Below are positions 1 to 16,285 of a DNA stretch of 64,000 nt, piece by piece. The notes beneath the pieces were generated by a model, which saw only the letters and a program-made list of their open reading frames with translations, made no database searches and was not told the DNA's origin. The position numbers and the translations under genes are program-made. This DNA comes from Squalus acanthias (Eukaryota), in assembly GCA_030390025.1 (NCBI GenBank), contig CM059430.1, positions 67,394,001 to 67,458,000 on the forward strand. Direction: 5' to 3'. Every line of letters begins with the position of its first letter. Positions within the stretch are counted from its first letter, which is position 1.

Positions 1-3000
1 GTGTGTGCGGGCTGGAGATTACACTACCCGCCCAACACAGTGAGTGCGGGCTGGAGATTACACTACCCACCCAACACTGTGAGTGTGGGGTGGTGATTAC
101 ACTACCCACCCGACACAGTGAGTGTGGGCTGGAGATTCCACTATCCACCCAACACAGTGAGTGTAGGCTGGAGATTACACTACCCACCCAACACAGTGAG
201 TGTGGGCTGGTGATTTCACTACCCACCCAACACAGTGAGTGAGAGCGGGTTGGCGATTACACTACCGATCCAACACAGTGAGTGAGTGTGGGCTGGTGAT
301 TAAACTACCCACCCAACACATTGAGCGAGTGTGGGCTGGAGATTACACTACCCACCCAACACAGTGAGTGAGTGCGGGCTGGAGATTCCACTACCCAACC
401 AACACAGTGAGTGCGTGTGGGCTGGAGATTACACTACCCACCCAACACAGTGAGTGCGTGTGGGCTGGAGATTACGCTACCCACGAAACACAGTGAGCGC
501 GGGCTGGAGATTACACGACCCACCCAACACAGTGAGTGAGTGTGGGCTGGAGATCACACTACCCACCCAACACAGTAAGTGAGTGCGGGCTGGTGATTAG
601 ACTACCGACCCAACACAGTGAGTGTGGGCTGGAGATTACACTACCCACCCAACACAGTGAGTGTGGTCTGGAGATTACACTAAGCACCCAAAAGATTCAG
701 TTCGTACGGGCTGGAGATTACACTACCCACACAAAACAGTGAGTGATTGTGGGCTGGAGATTACACTAACCACCCAACACAGTGAGTGAGTGCGGGCTGG
801 AGATTACAAAACCCACCCAACACAGTGAGCGTGTGGTGGTGATTACACTACCCACCCAACATAGTGAATGTGGGCTGTAGATTACACTACCCACCCGACA
901 CAGTGAGTGTGGGCTGGAGATTACTCTATCCACACAACACATTGAGTGAGTGCGGGCTGGAGATTACACTCCCCACCCAACACAGTGAGTGAGTGCGGGC
1001 TGGTGATTACACTACCCACCCAACACAACGAGTGAGTGCGGGCTGGAGATTACACTGCCCACACAACAGACTCAGTGTGGGCTGGAGATTACACAACCCA
1101 CCCAACCCGGTGAGTGAAGGCTGGTGATTATACTACACACACAACACAGTGAGTGAGTGCGGGCTGGTGATTACACTACCCACCCAACACAACGAGTGAG
1201 TGCGGGCTGGAGATTACACTACCCACCCAACACAGTGAGTGCGGGCTGGAGATTACACTACCCACCCAACACAGTGAGTGAGTGTGGGCTGGAGATTACA
1301 CTACACACCCAATACAGTGCGTGAGTGTGGGCTGGAGATTACACTACCCACCCAACACACTGAGTGTGGGCTGGAGTTTACACAACCCACCCAACACAGT
1401 GCGTGAGTGCGGGCTGGTGATTACACTACCTGCCCAACACAGCGAGTGAGTGCGGGCTGGAGATTACACTACCCACCCAACACAGTGAGCGTGGGTTGGT
1501 GATTACACTACCCACCCAACACAGTGAGTGTAGGCTGGAGATTACACTACCCACGCAACACAATGAGTGTGGGCTGAAGATTACACTACCGACCCAGCAC
1601 AGTGAGTGTGGGCTGGAGATTACACTACCCACAAAACACATTCAGTCAGTGCGGGCTTTAGATTACACTACCCACACAAAACAGTGAGTGAGTGCGGGCT
1701 GGAGATTACACTACCCACCCAACACAGTGAGTGTGGGCTGGTGATTACACTACCCACCCAACAGAGTGAGTGAGAGCGGGTTGGAGATTACACTACCGAT
1801 CCAACACAGTGAGTGAGTGTGGGCTGGAGAATACACTACCCACCCAACACAGTGAGTGAGTGCGGGCTGGAGATTAGACTACCCACAAAACACAGTGAGC
1901 GCGGGCTGGAGATTACACTACCCACCAAACGCAGTGAGTGAGTGTGGGCTGGAGATTACAGTACCCACCCAACACAGTGAGTGAGTGCGGGCTGGAGATT
2001 ACACTACCCACCCAACACAGTAAGTGAGTGCGGGCTGGTGATTACACTACCGACCCACCACAGTGAGTGTGGGCTGGAGATCACACTACCCACACAACAC
2101 ATTCAGTCAGTGCGGGCTGGAGATTACACTACCGACCCAACACAGTGAATGTGGGCTGGAGATTTCACTACCCACCCAACACAGTGAGTGAGTGTGAGCT
2201 GGAGATCACACTACCCACCCAACACAGTAAGTGAGTGCGGGCTGGTGATTAGACTACCGACCCAACACAGTGAGTGTGGGCTGGAGATTACACTACCCAC
2301 CCAACACAGTGAGTGTGGTCTGGAGATTACACTAAGCACCCAAAAGATTCAGTTCGTGCGGGCTGGAGATTACACTACCCACACAAAACAGTGAGTGATT
2401 GTGGGCTGGAGATTACACTAACCACCCAACACAGTGAGTGAGTGCGGGCTGGAGATTACAAAACCCACCCAACACAGTGAGCGAGGGGTGGTGATTACAC
2501 TACCCACCCAACACAGTAAGTGTGGGCTGGAGATTACATTACCCACACATCACAGTGAGTGTGGGCTGGAGATTACACTACCCACCCAACACAGTGAGTG
2601 AGTGCGGGCTGGTGATTACACTACCTACCCAAAACAGTGAGTGAGTGCGGGCTGAACATAACACTACCTACCCAAGACAGTGAGTGAGTGCGGGCTGAAC
2701 ATTACACTACCGACCCAAAACAGTGAGAGCGGGCTGAAGATTACACTACCCGCCCAACACAGTGACTGTGGGCTGTAGATTACCCTACCCACCCGACACA
2801 GTGAGTGTGGGCTGGAGATTACTCTATCCACACAACACAGTGAGTGAGTGCGGGCTGGAGATTACACTCCCCACCCAAAACAGTGAGTGTGGGCTGGAGA
2901 TTACACTACCCACCCAACACAGTGAGTGAGTGTGGGCTGGAGATTACACTACCAACCCAACACAGTGAGTGTGGGCTGGAGATGACACTACCCGCCCAAC

Positions 3001-6000
3001 AAACTCAGTGTGGGCTGGAGATTACACTACCCACCCGACACAGTGAGTGTGGGCTGGAGATTACACTAACCAACCAACACAGTGAGTGAGTGCGGGCTGG
3101 AGATTACACTACCCACCCAACACAGTGAGTGAGTGCGGGCTGGAGATTACACTAAGCACCCAACAGATTCAGTTAGTGCGGGCTGGAGATTACACTACCC
3201 ACACAAAACAGTGAGTGAGTGCGGGCTGGAGATTACACTACTCACCCAACACAGTGAGTGATTGTGGGCTGGTGATTACACTACCCACCCAACACAGTGA
3301 GTGTGGGCTGGAGATTACACTACCCACCCAACACAGTGAGTGTGGGCTGGAGATTACACTACCCACCCGACACAGTGAGTGTGGGCTGGAGATTACACTA
3401 ACCAACCAACACAGTGAGTGAGTGCGGGCTGGAGATTACACTACCCACCCAACACAGTGAGTGAGTGCGGGCTGGAGATTACACTAAGCACCCAACAGAT
3501 TCAGTTAGTGCGGGCTGGAGATTACACTAACCACCCAACACAGTGAGTGATTGTGGGTTGGAGATTACACTACCCACCCAACACAGTGACTAAGTGCGGG
3601 CTGATGATTACACTACCTACCCAACACAGTGAGTGAGTGCGGGCTGAACATTACACTACCGACCCAACACAGTGAGTGCGGGCTGAAGATTACACTACCC
3701 ACCCAACACAGTGAGTGTGGGCTGGAGATTACACTACCCACCCAACACAGTGAGTGTGGGCTGGAGATTACACTACCCACCCAACACAGTGAGTGAGTGT
3801 GGGTTGGAGATTACACTACCAAACCAACACAGTGAGTGTGGGCTGGAGATTACACTACCCGCCCAACAAACTCAGTGTGGGCTGGAGATTACACTACCCA
3901 CCCGACACAGTGAGTGTGGGCTGGAGATTACACTAACCAACCAACACAGTGAGTGAGTGCGGGCTGGAGATTACACTACCCACCCAACACAGTGAGTGAG
4001 TGCGGGCTGGAGATTACGCTAAGCACCCAACAGATTCAGTTAGTGCGGGCTGGAGATTACACTACCCACACAAAACAGTGAGTGAGTGCGGGCTGGAGAT
4101 TACACTACTCACCCAACACAGTGAGTGATTGTGGGCTGATGATTACACTACCCACCCAACACAGTGAGTGTGGGCTGGAGATTACACTACCCACCCAACA
4201 CAGTGAGTGTGGGCTGGAGATTACACTACCCACCCAACAAAGTGAGTGAGTGTGGGCTGGAGATTACACTACCAACCCAACACAGTGAGTGTGGGCTGGA
4301 GATTACACTACCCGCCCAACAAACTCAGTGTGGGCTGGAGATTACACTACCCACCCGACACAGTGAGTGTGGGCTGGAGATTACACTATCCACCCAACAC
4401 AGTGAGTGATTGCGGGCTGGAGATTACACTACCCACCCAACACAGTGAGTGAGTGCGGGCTGGAGATTACACTCCCCACCCAACACAGTGAGTGTGTGCG
4501 GGCTGGAGATTACACTACCCGCCCAACACAGTGAGTGCGGGCTGGAGATTACACTACCCACCCAACACTGTGAGTGTGGGGTGGTGATTACACTACCCAC
4601 CCGACACAGTGAGTGTGGGCTGGAGATTCCACTATCCACCCAACACAGTGAGTGTAGGCTGGAGATTACACTACCCACCCAACACAGTGAGTGTGGGCTG
4701 GTGATTTCACTACCCACCCAACACAGTGAGTGAGAGCGGGTTGGAGATTACACTACCGATCCAACACAGTGAGTGAGTGTGGGCTGGTGATTAAACTACC
4801 CACCCAACACACTGAGCGAGTGTGGGCTGGAGATTACACTACCCACCCAACACAGTGAGTGAGTGCGGGCTGGAGATTCCACTACCCAACCAACACAGTG
4901 AGTGCGTGTGGGCTGGAGATTACACTACCCACCCAACACAGTGAGTGCGTGTGGGCTGGAGATTACGCTACCCACGTAACACAGTGAGCGCGGGCTGGAG
5001 ATTACACGACCCACCCAACACAGTGAGTGAGTGTGGGCTGGAGATCACACTACCCACCCAACACAGTAAGTGAGTGCGGGCTGGTGATTAGACTACCGAC
5101 CCAACACAGTGAGTGTGGGCTGGAGATTACACTACCCACCCAACACAGTGAGTGTGGTCTGGAGATTACACTAAGCACCCAAAAGATTCAGTTCGTACGG
5201 GCTGGAGATTACACTACCCACACAAAACAGTGAGTGATTGTGGGCTGGAGATTGCACTAACCACCCAACACAGTGAGTGAGTGCGGGCTGGAGATTACAA
5301 AACCCACCCAACACAGTGAGTGTGTGGTGGTGATTACACTACCCACCCAACATAGTGAATGTGGGCTGTAGATTACACTACCCACCCGACACAGTGAGTG
5401 TGGGCTGGAGATTACTCTATCCACACAACACATTGAGTGAGTGCGGGCTGGAGATTACACTCCCCACCCAACACAGTGAGTGAGTGCGGGCTGGTGATTA
5501 CACTACCCACCCAACACAACGAGTGAGTGCGGGCTGGAGATTACACTGCCCACACAACAGACTCAGTGTGGGCTGGAGATTACACAACCCACCCAACACG
5601 GTGAGTGAAGGCTGGTGATTATACTACACACACAACACAGTGAGTGAGTGCGGGCTGGTGATTACACTACCCACCCAACACAACGAGTGAGTGCGGGCTG
5701 GAGATTACACTACCCACCCAACACAGTGAGTGCGGGCTGGAGATTACACTACCCACCCAACACAGTGAGTGAGTGTGGGCTGGAGATTACACTACACACC
5801 CAATACAGTGAGTGAGTGTGGGCTGGAGATTACACTACCCACCCAACACACTGAGTGTGGGCTGGAGTTTACACAACCCACCCAACACAGTGCGTGAGTG
5901 CGGGCTGGTGATTACACTACCTGCCCAACACAGCGAGTGAGTGCGGGCTGGAGATTACACTACCCACCCAACACAGTGAGCGTGGGTTGGTGATTACACT

Positions 6001-9000
6001 ACCCACCCAACACAGTGAGTGTAGGCTGGAGATTACACTACCCACGCAACACAATGAGTGTGGGCTGAAGATTACACTACCGACCCAGCACAGTGAGTGT
6101 GGGCTGGAGATTACACTACCCACAAAACACATTCAGTCAGTGCGGGCTTTAGATTACACTACCCACACAAAACAGTGAGTGAGTGCGGGCTGGAGATTAC
6201 ACTACCCACCCAAAACAGTGAGTGTGGGCTGGTGATTACACTACCCACCCAACAGAGTGAGTGAGAGCGGGTTGGAGATTACACTACCGATCCAACACAG
6301 TGAGTGAGTGTGGGCTGGAGAATACACTACCCACCCAACACAGTGAGTGAGTGCGGGCTGGAGATTAGACTACCCACAAAACACAGTGAGCGCGGGCTGG
6401 AGATTACACTACCCACCAAACGCAGTGAGTGAGTGTGGGCTGGAGATTACAGTACCCACCCAACACAGTGAGTGAGTGCGGGCTGGAGATTACACTACCC
6501 ACCCAACACAGTAAGTGAGTGCGGGCTGGTGATTACACTACCGACCCACCACAGTGAGTGTGGGCTGGAGATCACACTACCCACACAACACATTCAGTCA
6601 GTGCGGGCTGGAGATTACACTACCGACCCAACACAGTGAATGTGGGCTGGAGATTTCACTACCCACCCAACACAGTGAGTGAGTGTGAGCTGGAGATCAC
6701 ACTACCCACCCAACACAGTAAGTGAGTGCGGGCTGGTGATTAGACTACCGACCCAACACAGTGAGTGTGGGCTGGAGATTACACTACCCACCCAACACAG
6801 TGAGTGTGGTCTGGAGATTACACTAAGCACCCAAAAGATTCAGTTCGTGCGGGCTGGAGATTACACTACCCACACAAAGCAGTGAGTGATTGTGGGCTGG
6901 AGATTACACTAACCACCCAACACAGTGAGTGAGTGCGGGCTGGAGATTACAAAACCCACCCAACACAGTGAGCGTGGGGTGGTGATTACACTACCCACCC
7001 AACACAGTAAGTGTGGGCTGGAGATTACATTACCCACACATCACAGTGAGTGTGGGCTGGAGATTACACTACCCACCCAACACAGTGAGTGAGTGCGGGC
7101 TGGTGATTACACTACCTACCCAAAACAGTGAGTGAGTGCGGGCTGAACATAACACTACCTACCCAAGACAGTGAGTGAGGGCGGGCTGAACATTACACTA
7201 CCGACCCAAAACAGTGAGAGCGGGCTGAAGATTACACTACCCGCCCAACACAGTGACTGTGGGCTGTAGATTACCCTACCCACCCGACACAGTGAGTGTG
7301 GGCTGGAGATTACTCTATCCACACAACACAGTGAGTGAGTGCGGGCTGGAGATTACACTCCCCACCCAAAACAGTGAGTGAGTGCGGGCTGGTGACTACA
7401 CTACCCACCCAACACAACGAGTGAGTGCGGGCTGGAGATTACACTGCCCACACAACACGGTGAGTGAAGGTTGGTGATTATACTACACACCCAACACAGT
7501 GAGTGAGTGCGGGCTGGTGATTACACTACCCACCCAACACAACGAGTGAGTGCGGGCTGGAGATTACACTAACCGCCCAACACAGTGAGTGCGGGCTGGA
7601 GATTACACTACCCACCCAACACAGTGAGTGAGTGTGGGCTGGAGATTACACTACAATCCCAACACAGTGAGTGAGTGTGGGCTGGAGATTACACTACCCA
7701 CCCAACACACTGAGTGTGGGCTGGAGTTTACACTACCCACCCAACACAGTGCGTGAGTGCGGTCTGGTGATTACACTACCTGCCCAACACAGCGAGTGAG
7801 TGCGTGCTGGAGATTACACTACCCACCCAACACAGTGAGCGTGGGTTGGTGATTACACTACCCACCCAACACAGTGAGTGTAGGCTGGAGATTACACTAC
7901 CCACGCAACACAATGAGGTTGGGCTGAAGATTACACTACCGACCCAGCACAGTGAGTGTGGGCTGGAGATTACACTACCCACAAAACACATTCAGTCAGT
8001 GCGGGCTGTAGATTACACTACCCACACAAAACAGTGAGTGAGTGCGGGCTGGAGATTACACTACCCACCCAACACAGTGAGTGTGGGCTGGTGATTACAC
8101 TACACACCCAACAGAGTGAGTGAGAGCGGGTTGGAGATTTCACTACCGATCCAACACAGTGAGTGAGTGTGGGCTGGAGATTACACTACCCACCCAACAC
8201 AGTGAGTGAGTGCGGGCTGGAGATTAGACTACCCACAAAACACAGTGAGCGCGGGCTGGAGATTACACTACCCACCAAACGCAGTGAGTGAGTGTGGGCT
8301 GGAGATTACACTACCCACCAAACGCAGTGAGTGAGTGTGGGCTGGAGATCACACTACCCACCCAACACATTCAGTCAGTGCGGGCTGGAGATTACACTAC
8401 CGACCCAACACAGTGAATGTGGGCTGGAGATTTCACTACCCACCCAACACAGGGAGAGAGTGCGTGCTGGAGATTACACAAACCACCCAACACACTTGAG
8501 TGACTGTGGGCTGGAGATTACACTACCCTCCCAACACACTGAGTGTGGGCTAGAGATTACACTACCAATCCAACACAGTGAGTGAGTGCGGGCTGGGGAT
8601 TACACTACCCACCCAACACAGTGCGCGTGGGGTGGTGATTACACTACCCACCCAACACAGTGAGTGTGGGCTGGAGATTACACTACCCACCCAACACAGT
8701 GAGTGTGTGCGGGCTGGTGATTACACTACCTACCCAAAACAGTGAGTGAGTGCGGGCTGAACATAACACTACCTACCCAACACAGTGAGTGAGCGCGGGC
8801 TGAACATTACACTACCGACCCAAAACAGTGAGTGCGGGCTGAAGATTACACTACCCGCCCAACACAGTGACTGTGGGCTGTAGATTACTCTATCCACACA
8901 ACACAGTGAGTGAGTGCGGGCTGGAGATTACACTCCCCACGCAAAACAGTAAGTGAGTACGGGCTGGTGATTACACTACCGACCCACCACAGTGAGTGTG

Positions 9001-12000
9001 GGCTGGAGATCACACTACCCACCCAACACATTCCGTCAGTGCGGGCTGGAGATTACACTACCGACCCAACACAGTGAATGTGGGCTGGAGATTTCACTAC
9101 CCACCCAACACAGGGAGAGAGTGCGTGCTGGAGATTACACAACCCACCCAACACACTTGAGTGACTGTGGGCTGGAGATTACACTACCCTCCCAACACAC
9201 TGAGTGTGGGCTGGAGATTACACTACCGATCCAACACAGTGAGTGAGTGCGGGCTGGGGATTACACTACCCACCCAACACAGTGAGCGTGGGGTGGTGAG
9301 TATACTACCCACCCAACACAGTGAGTGTGGGCTGGAGATTACACTACCCACCCAACACAGTGAGTGCGTGCGGTCTGGTGATTACACTACCCACCCAACA
9401 CAGCGAGTGAGTGCGTGCTGGAGATTACACTACCCACCCAACACAGTGAGCGTGGGTTGGTGATTACACTACCCACCCAACACAGTGAGTGTAGGCTGGA
9501 GATTACACTACCCACGCAACACAATGAGTTTGGGCTGAAGATTACACTACCGACCCAGCACCGTGAGTGTGGGCTGGAGATTACACTACCCACAAAACAC
9601 ATTCAGTCAGTGCGGGCTGTAGATTACACTACCCACACAAAACAGTGAGTGAGTGCGGGCTGGAGATTACACTACCCACCCAACACAGTGAGTGTGGTCT
9701 GGAGATTACACTACCCACACAACACAGTGAGTGATTGCGGGCTGGAGATTAAACTACCCACCCAACGCAGTGAGTGAGTGCGGGCTGGAGATTACACTAC
9801 CCACCCAACACAGTGAGCGTGGGGTGGTGATTACACTACCCACCCAATACAGTGAGTGCAGGCTGGAGATTACACTACCCACGCAACACAGTGAGTGTGG
9901 GCTGGAGATTACACTACCCACCCAACACAGTGCATGAGTGCGGACTGGTGATTACAATACCTGCCCAACACAGTGAGTGAGTGCGGGCTGAAAATTACAC
10001 TACCGACCCAACACAGTGAGTGTGGGTTGGAGATTACACTACACACAAAACACATTCAGTCAGTGCGGGCTGGTGATTACACTACCCACACAACACAGTG
10101 AGTGAGTGTGGGCTGGAGATTACACTACCCACCCAACACAGTGAGTGTGGGCTGGAGATTACACTACCCACCCAACAAAGTGAGTGAGTGTGGGCTGGAG
10201 ATTATTCTACCAACCCAACACAGTGAGTGTGGGCTGGAGATTACACTACCCGCCCAACAAACTCAGTGTGGGCTGGAGATTACACTACCCACCCGACACA
10301 CTGAGTGTGGGCTGGAGATTACACTATCCACCCAACACAGTGAGTGATTGCGGGCTGGAGATTACACTACCCACCCAACACAGTGAGTGAGTGCGGGCTG
10401 GAGATTACACTCCCCACCCAACACAGTGAGTGTGTGCGGGCTGGAGATTACACTACCCGCCCAACACAGTGAGTGCGGGCTGGAGATTACACTACCCACC
10501 CAACACTGTGAGTGTGGGGTGGTGATTACACTACCCACCCGACACAGTGAGTGTGGGCTGGTGATTCCACTATCCACCCAACACAGTGAGTGTAGGCTGG
10601 AGATTACACTACCCACCCAACACAGTGAGTGTGGGCTGGTGATTTCACTACCCACCCAACACAGTGAGTGAGAGCGGGTTGGAGATTACACTACCGATCC
10701 AACACAGTGAGTGAGTGTGGGCTGGTGATTAAACTACCCACCCAACACACTGAGCGAGTGTGGGCTGGAGATTACACTACCCACCCAACACAGTGAGTGA
10801 GTGCGGGCTGGAGATTCCACTACCCAACCAACACAGTGAGTGCGTGTGGGCTGGAGATTACACTACCCACCCAACACAGTGAGTGCGTGTGGGCTGGAGA
10901 TTACGCTACCCACGTAACACAGTGAGCGCGGGCTGGAGATTACACGACCCACCCAACACAGTGAGTGAGTGTGGGCTGGAGATCACACTACCCACCCAAC
11001 ACAGTAAGTGAGTGCGGGCTGGTGATTAGACTACCGACCCAACACAGTGAGTGTGGGCTGGAGATTACACTACCCACCCAACACAGTGAGTGTGGTCTGG
11101 AGATTACACTAAGCACCCAAAAGATTCAGTTCGTACGGGCTGGAGATTACACTACCCACACAAAACAGTGAGTGATTGTGGGCTGGAGATTACACTAACC
11201 ACCCAACACAGTGAGTGAGTGCGGGCTGGAGATTACAAAACCCACCCAACACAGTGAGCGTGTGGTGGTGATTACACTACCCACCCAACATAGTGAATGT
11301 GGGCTGTAGATTACACTACCCACCCGACACAGTGAGTGTGGGCTGGAGATTACTCTATCCACACAACACATTGAGTGAGTGCGGGCTGGAGATTACACTC
11401 CCCACCCAACACAGTGAGTGAGTGCGGGCTGGTGATTACACTACCCACCCAACACAACGAGTGAGTGCGGGCTGGAGATTACACTGCCCACACAACAGAC
11501 TCAGTGTGGGCTGGAGATTACACAACCCACCCAACACGGTGAGTGAAGGCTGGTGATTATACTACACACACAACACAGTGAGTGAGTGCGGGCTGGTGAT
11601 TACACTACCCACCCAACACAACGAGTGAGTGCGGGCTGGAGATTACACTACCCACCCAACACAGTGAGTGCGGGCTGGAGATTACACTACCCACCCAACA
11701 CACTGAGTGAGTGTGGGCTGGAGATTACACTACACACCCAATACAGTGAGTGAGTGTGGGCTGGAGATTACACTACCCACCCAACACACTGAGTGTGGGC
11801 TGGAGTTTACACAACCCACCCAACACAGTGCGTGAGTGCGGGCTGGTGATTACACTACCTGCCCAACACAGCGAGTGAGTGCGGGCTGGAGATTACACTA
11901 CCCACCCAACACAGTGAGCGTGGGTTGGTGATTACACTACCCACCCAACACAGTGAGTGTAGGCTGGAGATTACACTACCCACGCAACACAATGAGTGTG

Positions 12001-15000
12001 GGCTGAAGATTACACTACCGACCCAGCACAGTGAGTGTGGGCTGGAGATTACACTACCCACAAAACACATTCAGTCAGTGCGGGCTTTAGATTACACTAC
12101 CCACACAAAACAGTGAGTGAGTGCGGGCTGGAGATTACACTACCCACCCAAAACAGTGAGTGTGGGCTGGTGATTACACTACCCACCCAACAGAGTGAGT
12201 GAGAGCGGGTTGGAGATTACACTACCGATCCAACACAGTGAGTGAGTGTGGGCTGGAGAATACACTACCCACCCAACACAGTGAGTGAGTGCGGGCTGGA
12301 GATTAGACTACCCACAAAACACAGTGAGCGCGGGCTGGAGATTACACTACCCACCAAACGCAGTGAGTGAGTGTGGGCTGGAGATTACAGTACCCACCCA
12401 ACACAGTGAGTGAGTGCGGGCTGGAGATTACACTACCCACCCAACACAGTAAGTGAGTGCGGGCTGGTGATTACACTACCGACCCACCACAGTGAGTGTG
12501 GGCTGGAGATCACACTACCCACACAACACATTCAGTCAGTGCGGGCTGGAGATTACACTACCGACCCAACACAGTGAATGTGGGCTGGAGATTTCACTAC
12601 CCACCCAACACAGTGAGTGAGTGTGAGCTGGAGATCACACTACCCACCCAACACAGTAAGTGAGTGCGGGCTGGTGATTAGACTACCGACCCAACACAGT
12701 GAGTGTGGGCTGGAGATTACACTACCCACCCAACACAGTGAGTGTGGTCTGGAGATTACACTAAGCACCCAAAAGATTCAGTTCGTGCGGGCTGGAGATT
12801 ACACTACCCACACAAAGCAGTGAGTGATTGTGGGCTGGAGATTACACTAACCACCCAACACAGTGAGTGAGTGCGGGCTGGAGATTACAAAACCCACCCA
12901 ACACAGTGAGCGTGGGGTGGTGATTACACTACCCACCCAACACAGTAAGTGTGGGCTGGAGATTACATTACCCACACATCACAGTGAGTGTGGGCTGGAG
13001 ATTACACTACCCACCCAACACAGTGAGTGAGTGCGGGCTGGTGATTACACTACCTACCCAAAACAGTGAGTGAGTGCGGGCTGAACATAACACTACCTAC
13101 CCAAGACAGTGAGTGAGTGCGGGCTGAACATTACACTACCGACCCAAAACAGTGAGAGCGGGCTGAAGATTACACTACCCGCCCAACACAGTGACTGTGG
13201 GCTGTAGATTACCCTACCCACCCGACACAGTGAGTGTGGGCTGGAGATTACTCTATCCAAACAACACAGTGAGTGAGTGCGGGCTGGAGATTACACTCCC
13301 CACCCAAAACAGTGAGTGAGTGCGGGCTGGTGACTACACTACCCACCCAACACAACGAGTGAGTGCGGGCTGGAGATTACACTGCCCACACAACACGGTG
13401 AGTGAAGGTTGGTGATTATACTACACACCCAACACAGTGAGTGAGTGCGGGCTGGTGATTACACTACCCACCCAACACAACGAGTGAGTGCGGGCTGGAG
13501 ATTACACTAACCGCCCAACACAGTGAGTGCGGGCTGGAGATTACACTACCCACCCAACACAGTGAGTGAGTGTGGGCTGGAGATTACACTACAATCCCAA
13601 CACAGTGAGTGAGTGTGGGCTGGAGATTACACTACCCACCCAACACACTGAGTGTGGGCTGGAGTTTACACTACCCACCCAACACAGTGCGTGAGTGCGG
13701 TCTGGTGATTACACTACCTGCCCAACACAGCGAGTGAGTGCGTGCTGGAGATTACACTACCCACCCAACACAGTGAGCGTGGGTTGGTGATTACACTACC
13801 CACCCAACACAGTGAGTGTAGGCTGGAGATTACACTACCCACGCAACACAATGAGTTTGGGCTGAAGATTACACTACCGACCCAGCACAGTGAGTGTGGG
13901 CTGGAGATTACACTACCCACAAAACACATTCAGTCAGTGCGGGCTGTAGATTACACTACCCACACAAAATAGTGAGTGAGTGCGGGCTGGAGATTACACT
14001 ACCCACCCAACACAGTGAGTGTGGGCTGGTGATTACACTACACACCCAACAGAGTGAGTGAGAGCGGGTTGGAGATTACACTACCGATCCAACACAGTGA
14101 GTGAGTGTGGGCTGGAGATTACACTACCCACCCAACACAGTGAGTGAGTGCGGGCTGGAGATTAGACTACCCACAAAACACAGTGAGCGCGGGCTGGAGA
14201 TTACACTACCCACCAAACGCAGTGAGTGAGTGTGGGCTGGAGATTACACTACCCACCAAACGCAGTGAGTGAGTGTGGGCTGGAGATCACACTACCCACC
14301 CAACACATTCAGTCAGTGCGGGCTGGAGATTACACTACCGACCCAACACAGTGAATGTGGGCTGGAGATTTCACTACCCACCCAACACAGGGAGAGAGTG
14401 CGTGCTGGAGATTACACAAACCACCCAACACACTTGAGTGACTGTGGGCTGGAGATTACACTACCCTCCCAACACACTGAGTGTGGGCTGGAGATTACAC
14501 TACCGATCCAACACAGTGAGTGAGTGCGGGCTGGGGATTACACTACCCACCCAACACAGTGCGCGTGGGGTGGTGATTACACTACCCACCCAACACAGTG
14601 AGTGTGGGCTGGAGATTACACTACCCACCCAACACAGTGAGTGTGTGCGGGCTGGTGATTACACTACCTACCCAAAACAGTGAGTGAGTGCGGGCTGAAC
14701 ATAACACTACCTACCCAACACAGTGAGTGAGCGCGGGCTGAACATTACACTACCGACCCAAAACAGTGAGTGCGGGCTGAAGATTCCACTACCCGCCCAA
14801 CACAGTGACTGTGGGCTGTAGATTACTCTATCCACACAACACAGTGAGTGAGTGCGGGCTGGAGATTACACTCCCCACGCAAAACAGTAAGTGAGTACGG
14901 GCTGGTGATTACACTACCGACCCACCACAGTGAGTGTGGGCTGGAGATCACACTACCCACCCAACACATTCCGTCAGTGCGGGCTGGAGATTACACTACC

Positions 15001-16085
15001 GACCCAACACAGTGAATGTGGGCTGGAGATTTCACTACCCACCCAACACAGGGAGAGAGTGCGTGCTGGAGATTACACAACCCACCCAACACACTTGAGT
15101 GACTGTGGGCTGGAGATTACACTACCCTCCCAACACACTGAGTGTGGGCTGGAGATTACACTACCGATCCAACACAGTGAGTGAGTGCGGGCTGGGGATT
15201 ACACTACCCACCCAACACAGTGAGCGTGGGGTGGTGAGTATACTACCCACCCAACACAGTGAGTGTGGGCTGGAGATTACACTACCCACCCAACACAGTG
15301 AGTGCGTGCGGTCTGGTGATTACACTACCCACCCAACACAGCGAGTGAGTGCGTGCTGGAGATTACACTACCCACCCAACACAGTGAGCGTGGGTTGGTG
15401 ATTACACTACCCACCCAACACAGTGAGTGTAGGCTGGAGATTACACTACCCACGCAACACAATGAGTTTGGGCTGAAGATTACACTACCGACCCAGCACA
15501 GTGAGTGTGGGCTGGAGATTACACTACCCACAAAACACATTCAGTCAGTGCGGGCTGTAGATTACACTACCCACACAAAACAGTGAGTGAGTGCGGGCTG
15601 GAGATTACACCACCCACCCAACACAGTGAGTGTGGTCTGGAGATTACACTACCCACACAACACAGTGAGTGAGTGTGGGCTGGAGATTACACTACCAACC
15701 CAACACAGTGAGTGTGGGCTGGAGATTACACTACCCACCCAACAAAGTGAGTGAGTGTGGGCTGGAGATTACACTACCAACCCAACACAGTGAGTGTGGG
15801 CTGGAGATTACACTACCCGCCCAACAAACTCAGTGTGGGCTGGAGATTACACTACCCACCCGACACACTGAGTGTGGGCTGGAGATTACACTATCCACCC
15901 AACACAGTGAGTGATTGCGGGCTGGAGATTACACTACCCACCCAACACAGTGAGTGAGTGCGGGCTGGAGATTACACTCCCCACCCAACACAGTGAGTGT
16001 GTGCGGGCTGGAGATTACACTACCCGCCCAACACAGTGAGTGCGGGCTGGAGATTACACTACCCACCCAACACTGTGAGTGTGGG
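1..16085. repeat. Tandem satellite, 39/43-bp monomer, left block with higher-order repeats
   Basis: Continuous copies of GTGGGCTGGAGATTACACTACCCACCCAACACAGTGAGT(+GAGT). The 13-codon monomer yields the repetitive pseudo-peptides CGLEITLPTQHSE and VGWRLHYPPNTVS. A distinctive monomer series restarts at 1, 4492, 10430 and 15997. Confidence 0.99.
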
Positions 16086-16285
16086 NNNNNNNNNNNNNNN
16101 NNNNNNNNNNNNNNNNNNNNNNNNNNNNNNNNNNNNNNNNNNNNNNNNNNNNNNNNNNNNNNNNNNNNNNNNNNNNNNNNNNNNNNNNNNNNNNNNNNNN
16201 NNNNNNNNNNNNNNNNNNNNNNNNNNNNNNNNNNNNNNNNNNNNNNNNNNNNNNNNNNNNNNNNNNNNNNNNNNNNNNNNNNNNN
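16086..16285. other. Assembly gap (200 N)
   Basis: Run of exactly 200 N with satellite in the same orientation on both sides; the round number suggests a placeholder of unknown true size. Confidence 0.99.
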
